A program made the position numbers and the translations under genes. DNA of 20,039 bases from a virus. Location of the stretch: IMG/VR virus record IMGVR_UViG_3300027928_000002, positions 1 through 20,039 of that record. One strand, given 5' to 3'. Below, piece by piece: positions 15,652-20,039 of this stretch. Numbering within the stretch: position 1 is the stretch's first letter; each line of letters opens with the position of its first letter. Below the pieces are notes generated by a model. The model was not told the DNA's origin, did no database searches, and saw only the letters and a list, made by a program, of their open reading frames with translations.

Positions 15652-17183
15652 ATTATTCAACTCATATCACAGAGGGCGTAACGTTATCTGAAACGCTTTC
15701 TTTTTCTCTTTTAAGCGATACGCTATCAGTACAAGAAAGCTTATTAAATTTACTTTCTACAGTTTTAAGCGATACGCTATCAATACAAGAAAGCTTATTA
15801 AATTTACAGGAATTACCGAGTAAAGTATATAAAAAACCCATCGCAACTTTCTATTTGGATGGCATAGAGAAAGGAATAAAGAGCTTTTCAATTAAGACAG
15901 ACCTGAATGGAAGGGCTGAAGCAACAATAATTACATATGATGATACGATTACAGAGAGCGATATTTTAAAACCTGTCGAGCTCAAATTAACTGATCAGCT
16001 TAATAATGCTACAATAACTTTATTTAAAGGAGTATTAGTTTCTTTTAGTGAAAATAAGCCTGACAATGAGCTTAGGCTTGAATGTAGGGGATTAGATTAT
16101 TATCTTGAAAATGATCTATTTCTAACTTACGATGCTCAGGCTCAGACGGTAAACGGTGTTTTTGAATATAAGCAGACGAGAGCAGACGATATTGCGAAAG
16201 CTATCATTACCTCGACTCCTTTCACATTAATAGAGTGCCCGACTACTCCTATAAGCTTAAAATTCGATTATGAAAATAGATTAAGTGCTTTACAGCTTAT
16301 AGCAGAGATTTTAAACAAAATCCTCTGGATTGATAATAACTACGGCGTCCACATCGGAGATAATTCTGGATTATTTACAATAAACGAAATAAAAGCGAAG
16401 GAATTAACTAAAAGCGGAGATGAAACGTATAATAAGATTATCGTTATTGGAGGTAATGATGGGACTGGGAAAGTTCCAGTCGGAATCGCAGAGGATACAA
16501 ATTTAATCGCTCAGCAAGGAGTTAAGGCTAAAAAGGTAAGTGTTCCACAGATACTAGATAAGGATACAGCATCATTATTAGCTAAAGCATACTTAGATAC
16601 TTATAGGAATATTAATTATAATCTATCTCTACAGTTACCTGCAAAATTCAAAAACTACTTAATCAACATTGGTAATCAAATAACGGTTGATGCTATTAAT
16701 TATATCGTATCTTCTTTAACCTTAACCGATAGTGAAATAACCTTAGAAGCAAATCCAGTAAGAGTCTATATTAATTTAAGGAACTATTTAGAAAGACAAC
16801 TTAAGCAGATAGATACTGCTACTTCTTCAAGCACATTTTACAATGAAAGCCCCGAACTAATAGTCCTATACGAAAAACTAGACTTAGACCCGGCTTATTA
16901 TGGTGGGGCTATCGCTAAGACGGTAGAAGTAGACGGGACAGAATACACAATTTTAAACGTAATGCATGTTTATATACCCGACACATTTACAATAAGCGGC
17001 GGGGAGTTACGTATAAGATGGATAGGGGACGAATCACCAATATCTTTTAAAATAGTGGTCAATGGGATGTTATATAATATAAACTCGGATGGGACGGCTA
17101 CGGACGGGGATTATTTATATCATGTAGATATTCTGGCGGATTCATTAAAAACCGGATGGAATGATATTTATTTCGTTGAATAG
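15645..17183 (+). CDS. Tail tip hub/Tal-like protein with an N-terminal repeat extension and a C-terminal beta domain
   Basis: Directly after TMP; LFKGVL...LECRG, ENRLSALQLIA, TYNKIIVIGG, IGNQITV patterns typical of baseplate hub proteins. Confidence 0.65.
   Translation: MVDYSTHITEGVTLSETLSFSLLSDTLSVQESLLNLLSTVLSDTLSIQESLLNLQELPSKVYKKPIATFYLDGIEKGIKSFSIKTDLNGRAEATIITYDDTITESDILKPVELKLTDQLNNATITLFKGVLVSFSENKPDNELRLECRGLDYYLENDLFLTYDAQAQTVNGVFEYKQTRADDIAKAIITSTPFTLIECPTTPISLKFDYENRLSALQLIAEILNKILWIDNNYGVHIGDNSGLFTINEIKAKELTKSGDETYNKIIVIGGNDGTGKVPVGIAEDTNLIAQQGVKAKKVSVPQILDKDTASLLAKAYLDTYRNINYNLSLQLPAKFKNYLINIGNQITVDAINYIVSSLTLTDSEITLEANPVRVYINLRNYLERQLKQIDTATSSSTFYNESPELIVLYEKLDLDPAYYGGAIAKTVEVDGTEYTILNVMHVYIPDTFTISGGELRIRWIGDESPISFKIVVNGMLYNINSDGTATDGDYLYHVDILADSLKTGWNDIYFVE
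15709..15807 (+). repeat. Direct repeat, 45 bp x 2 at 54-bp period (44/45 identical)
   Basis: 15709-15753 and 15763-15807 encode LSDTLS[V/I]QESLLNL twice. Confidence 0.93.
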
Positions 17184-17195
17184 GGGGGAAATAAA

Positions 17196-17225
17196 GATGG
17201 TTAACAAAATGATGGTTAACAAAAT
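17196..17225 (+). repeat. Perfect tandem duplication, 15 bp x 2 (GATGGTTAACAAAAT)
   Basis: 17196-17210 and 17211-17225; duplicates the start region (MVNKM-MVNKI). Confidence 0.9.
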
Positions 17226-17853
17226 TATAGCAGAGCTTATTATAAGGGGCTATTCAAAAGCGACCCCCAACGAAGACATTTTAGTAGAGAGTACATACAC
17301 CGAAAAATACCCCCCATGTGTTAGTTACACTTATGAAGAAAGAGCAAACACTTTAAGCGCTTTAGTTCGTTCGAATTATGAAAGCGGCGGTGTTAAATTT
17401 TGGTATTATCATAACTCTTTTGAAGAAGACCCACCAATTTTAACTTTATTAACGTTTTCGGGTGGTGCCGGTTATTTATCGTGGGGGTACACACGAAAAG
17501 ACAGTAACGACATTGATAGGCTAAATAACGACATTGATAGGCTAAATAAAGGGGTTTTAGAGATGCCTCCCGGTTCATTCATCCAATTAGGGGATAACTC
17601 AAATTTGGTTTATGTTGATGATGCACGCATTTATTTGTTAGCATGCCCTGGCGACAAATTAAGGTTTGAGGTATGGGAGTACAACGTGGGATTATACACT
17701 TCCGGAGAGATTGAAGGTTCGGGAGAATGGGCTAAAGTGGTTATTGCGTATGGGGGTCAAGGCGGAACTGCAGGGATTATTAAACTTTATGCGGACAGTA
17801 ACAACAAAAATAAGATTTTTTTGGATGGGTTCAACTTTGCGGGGGTATTTTGA
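17197..17853 (+). CDS. Putative receptor-binding/tail-tip protein (beta-rich)
   Basis: Follows the hub gene; aromatic/Gly-rich; C-terminal GEWAKVVI...IIKLYAD...IFLDGFNF resembles a carbohydrate-binding jelly roll. Likely start ATG 17197 after AGGGGGG (ORF track start 17161). Confidence 0.5.
   Translation: MVNKMMVNKIIAELIIRGYSKATPNEDILVESTYTEKYPPCVSYTYEERANTLSALVRSNYESGGVKFWYYHNSFEEDPPILTLLTFSGGAGYLSWGYTRKDSNDIDRLNNDIDRLNKGVLEMPPGSFIQLGDNSNLVYVDDARIYLLACPGDKLRFEVWEYNVGLYTSGEIEGSGEWAKVVIAYGGQGGTAGIIKLYADSNNKNKIFLDGFNFAGVF
17505..17549 (+). repeat. Perfect tandem duplication, 21 bp x 2 (TAACGACATTGATAGGCTAAA)
   Basis: 17505-17525 and 17526-17546 plus partial TAA; in frame, NDIDRLN x 2. Confidence 0.92.
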
Positions 17854-18134
17854 TGTTTAAAAACATAATATCAGAATTAACAAAAAAATGGAAAATTAGG
17901 CTTATTTTTTGGATTTTTGCCGGGGTAATTATCATTTTTTTGTTAAAAAATTACGGCTTAATTTGGGCTTTAATTTGGCTTTTATTTGCCGTTTTAGGGG
18001 ATGAATTGATTAAAGAAGGATACGTGTTTAAGGTTAGGGATTTGGGCAAATTAACCCATGAAACAATAGCCGCCGTTATTGCTTTTATTATTTCAATTAT
18101 CTGTGTGATAAGAAAAAGGGGGTTAAAGCGATGA
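17850..18134 (+). CDS. Small multi-pass membrane protein (holin-position candidate)
   Basis: Two to three hydrophobic segments and a basic C-terminal tail RKRGLKR; located at the end of the late region. Confidence 0.6.
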   Translation: MMFKNIISELTKKWKIRLIFWIFAGVIIIFLLKNYGLIWALIWLLFAVLGDELIKEGYVFKVRDLGKLTHETIAAVIAFIISIICVIRKRGLKR

Positions 18135-18307
18135 TATTCCCTGATATAGAAGATAAAGACCTTGCTATGGTTTGTTTACTAATTTTGGGCACCTTCATAA
18201 TAGTTTACTATGGAAAAGATGGTAAGGACTTATTAGAATTAATAATAGTCGGCATTTTAGCACTAGCGGGTGATAGCTTAAAAAGAGTAGTAAAAGCAGT
18301 AAAATAA
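18131..18307 (+). CDS. 58-aa two-helix membrane protein (not in the ORF track)
   Basis: ATGA overlap with the upstream stop; MIFPDIEDKDLAMVCLLILGTFIIVYYGKDGKDLLELIIVGILALAGDSLKRVVKAVK fills the gap to the convergent gene. Confidence 0.7.
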   Translation: MIFPDIEDKDLAMVCLLILGTFIIVYYGKDGKDLLELIIVGILALAGDSLKRVVKAVK

Positions 18308-18311
18308 AAAA

Positions 18312-18641
18312 TCAAAACTCAAACTCCTCTAAATCAACAACGTCGTCGAGATTAACTTCGTATGCGAACTCAACGTCAACCCTTTCAACAATATCATTTA
18401 GATTCATTATAATATATGCAAACGCTGCTTCCGTGTTTCTTGCTATAGTATCTCTGATGAAATTCTCGAGCGTATAAAACTCATCGAAAATTCTTTTCAG
18501 CTGAGCTGAATCGAAGCTCAGTTCAACTCTTTCATCATCTACTTTCTTTACGTCGCAGTAGTTGAGCTCGTAGAAATACTCTGCGAGCTGGTCTGCATTG
18601 CAGTACACATTTTTCGCATTCAACACAACTTTCATCTTCAT
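18312..18641 (-). CDS. Acidic hypothetical protein
   Basis: Likely start ATG 18641 after RBS GGAGGTG (the ORF track's MEVLE extension is the RBS itself); 25 D/E vs 11 K/R in 109 aa. Confidence 0.7.
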   Translation of the reverse strand: MKMKVVLNAKNVYCNADQLAEYFYELNYCDVKKVDDERVELSFDSAQLKRIFDEFYTLENFIRDTIARNTEAAFAYIIMNLNDIVERVDVEFAYEVNLDDVVDLEEFEF

Positions 18642-18654
18642 CTCCAACACCTCC

Positions 18655-18686
18655 ACTATTCTCTTTCAAAACTATTCTCTTTCAAA
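18655..18686 (-). repeat. Perfect tandem duplication, 16 bp x 2 (ACTATTCTCTTTCAAA on +), spanning a stop codon
   Basis: 18655-18670 and 18671-18686. Confidence 0.9.
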
Positions 18687-19061
18687 AGGTGTTATTACGT
18701 AGTGCCTCCTTTCCACTTTACTTACTTTTTTGTACCCCTCCTCCACCATCTCCATCATTTTATCTACGTCCCCCCAATCCAGGTCCACAACTTTGCCGTA
18801 CTTGTTCACTCCACATATCCATATTGCATTGGGTATCCTCTGTGATACTGAATATTCTATGAGGCAGCATTCTGATATTTTTATTGCATCCCAGTACCCG
18901 TCTTTTAGTTTGTCTAGGAGTTTTTTGAAAATGTCTAAGTGCTCTGTAGCCTCGAATATAATGTAGAACCCTGTATTCAATGCCTTGCCTGCACTCTTTT
19001 CCACAACCACATGTATATCCTCAAAGTTCCCAACTTTCCTAACTTCAAAATACTCCACCAC
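18672..19061 (-). CDS. Hypothetical protein
   Basis: ORF 18672-19076; likely start GTG 19061 after RBS GGAGGTG with the same spacing as the next gene. Confidence 0.7.
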   Translation of the reverse strand: MVEYFEVRKVGNFEDIHVVVEKSAGKALNTGFYIIFEATEHLDIFKKLLDKLKDGYWDAIKISECCLIEYSVSQRIPNAIWICGVNKYGKVVDLDWGDVDKMMEMVEEGYKKVSKVERRHYVITPFERE

Positions 19062-19109
19062 TTCCAACACCTCCACATGTCTTCTTCAATATATATTATG
19101 TTTCTAATG

Positions 19110-19124
19110 TTTATAAACTTTTCG
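19110..19124 (-). promoter_or_regulatory. Archaeal promoter, BRE + TATA box (CGAAAAG-TTTATAAA)
   Basis: Minus strand CGAAAAGTTTATAAA about 50 nt upstream of the 19061 start, followed by an AT-rich stretch and the RBS. Confidence 0.7.
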
Positions 19125-19136
19125 GTCCATCACCCA

Positions 19137-19346
19137 TCACGCTCCTTTAGCTTTATTTCTCCTATCCTCAATTTCAAGCCCAATCAAGAATGCTCTTAAC
19201 TCTCCGTAGTTTCTTGCTGAAAATACTACTATCTTGTCCTCATTTAAAACGATATAAGCCCTCCCTATTCTTTCAAGAGCATAACCGTATTCTTGTAGCT
19301 TTTGTTTGTAGTATTCAAAAACTGCTTTTGAACGACGACCCATCAC
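19137..19346 (-). CDS. Hypothetical protein (about 68 aa)
   Basis: Start overlaps the upstream stop (GTGATG); RBS-like GGAGCGTGAT. Confidence 0.65.
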   Translation of the reverse strand: MMGRRSKAVFEYYKQKLQEYGYALERIGRAYIVLNEDKIVVFSARNYGELRAFLIGLEIEDRRNKAKGA

Positions 19347-19624
19347 CCATCACGCTCCTTCAATCCCCAAAACGCCGTTAATATTTCTCCATAATATCTA
19401 TAGTCTTTTTTATAGTCGAGGTACCTCTTAAACGATTGAACGTATTTCTTTCTCATAGTATTGGATCTTAGCCAATATGCCTCTCTGATATCTTCTACCG
19501 TAATGGCATCTAAGTCTCCGACGTCCCTTTCTACTTTTCTAAGATAGCGGTAGATAATAGCAATGTAATTTTCTGAATATCGTTCTTTTAGCCAGTCATC
19601 GAAAAAAATAGGAATAGAAGGCAT
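19343..19624 (-). CDS. Stand-alone tyrosine-recombinase core-binding (SAM-like) domain-like protein
   Basis: FFDDWLKERYSENYIAIIYRYLRKVERDVGDLDAITVEDIREAY...VQSFKRYLDY fits the integrase N-terminal helical pattern; RBS GGTGAT 5 nt upstream; no catalytic domain. Confidence 0.5.
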   Translation of the reverse strand: MPSIPIFFDDWLKERYSENYIAIIYRYLRKVERDVGDLDAITVEDIREAYWLRSNTMRKKYVQSFKRYLDYKKDYRYYGEILTAFWGLKERDG

Positions 19625-19630
19625 TACTGA

Positions 19631-19882
19631 TCACCTTTCTAACATGTATATTAATAAATCCAATTGCTTTTCGTCAATTTCTCCATGCTTTACTGATGCT
19701 AAGAAATCGTATAACTCGTTAAAGAAAGTAGTTAATGCCGTATCTAATTCTTCTACGGATTTTTGAATAAACTGGGCGTCTGAAAACATGTAGGTAAAAG
19801 ATGGAGTTAGTTCTTGGATATTCTCTGAAGCCCTATAAATCTCTGTTAGTTTTTTATCAAAAAAACTCTTTGTTGGGATCAT
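19631..19882 (-). CDS. Hypothetical helical protein
   Basis: RBS GAGGTGG upstream; ATGA overlap with the upstream ORF. Confidence 0.65.
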   Translation of the reverse strand: MIPTKSFFDKKLTEIYRASENIQELTPSFTYMFSDAQFIQKSVEELDTALTTFFNELYDFLASVKHGEIDEKQLDLLIYMLER

Positions 19883-20028
19883 AATTCCACCTCAAATTCT
19901 TTTACTGTAACAGTTTCAATTTTAGGGTTTAAATGGTATTTTTCCCTTAATTCTTGCTCAATTTCTTTTAATTGCTCCATAGTTAATTCTTGGGGTAATT
20001 GAGCTATTAAATAGAACCTAACTTCCAT
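19879..20028 (-). CDS. Hypothetical protein, 49 aa from ATG 20028 (frame open to the window edge; not in the ORF track)
   Basis: MEVRFYLIAQLPQELTMEQLKEIEQELREKYHLNPKIETVTVKEFEVEL; its TGA overlaps the next ATG. Confidence 0.6.
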   Translation of the reverse strand: MEVRFYLIAQLPQELTMEQLKEIEQELREKYHLNPKIETVTVKEFEVEL

Positions 20029-20039
20029 CTTTACCAGCC

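Larger units (their letters stand above)
1..20039. mobile_element. Segment of a tailed dsDNA virus/provirus (siphovirus-like), probable thermophilic archaeal host
   Basis: Complete packaging, head and non-contractile tail gene set (no sheath gene) with overlapping stop/start codons; no host housekeeping genes; both window ends fall inside viral-looking sequence. Archaeal host inferred from promoter, terminator and RBS signals. Confidence 0.93.

Noticed and set aside
11122-17853. Contractile (myovirus) tail suggested by the DUF3751-like gene
   Set aside because: No sheath, baseplate J/wedge or gp25-like genes in the tail module.
16850-18130. Possible compositional shift indicating a swapped tail-tip module
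   Set aside because: More G/C and T runs by eye, but a spot count gave about 38% GC, not clearly different from the rest; a sliding-window codon/k-mer analysis is needed.
18730-19381. Plus-strand ORFs 18730-18966, 18939-19199, 19190-19381
   Set aside because: Antisense to a minus-strand operon that has RBSs, a promoter and coupled stop/start overlaps.
1-20039. tRNA genes, att sites or provirus boundaries
   Set aside because: No cloverleaf, full integrase or transition to host genes seen; free virus versus provirus cannot be decided from this window.

Overview
A 20-kb piece of a tailed dsDNA (Caudoviricetes, siphovirus-like) virus or provirus with low GC. The host is most likely a thermophilic archaeon. 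The evidence is a BRE+TATA promoter, hairpin-less oligo-T terminators, GGAGGTGAT-type RBSs, no cell-wall hydrolase in the window and E/K/I/V-rich proteins; this remains inference. Bases 1-18307 are one + strand late region, in order: ParB-like/DNA methyltransferase, TerS, TerL, a four-gene appendage module unusually placed between TerL and portal, portal, MuF, HK97-gp10-like, a membrane protein, protease/scaffold, MCP, adaptor, tail terminator, tail tube, tail chaperone with a -1 frameshift extension, tape measure, tail hub, a putative receptor-binding protein and two small membrane proteins. Bases 18312-20039 are a convergent - strand cluster of small genes. The most notable signals are: (1) a 15 x 18/20-aa beta-strand repeat protein whose motif recurs at the tail hub N-terminus, suggesting a ruler-templated or donor-strand fibre; (2) a perfect 3 x 111-bp in-frame repeat plus several other perfect tandem duplications in host-interaction genes; (3) an orphan IS200/IS605-type end hairpin inside the tail operon; (4) a probable CTG start for TerL; (5) identical junction sequences between the small - strand genes; (6) a stand-alone integrase core-binding-like domain. 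No tRNA, rRNA, CRISPR array, reverse transcriptase or complete integrase was seen. All family assignments are from motif recognition, with no database search.
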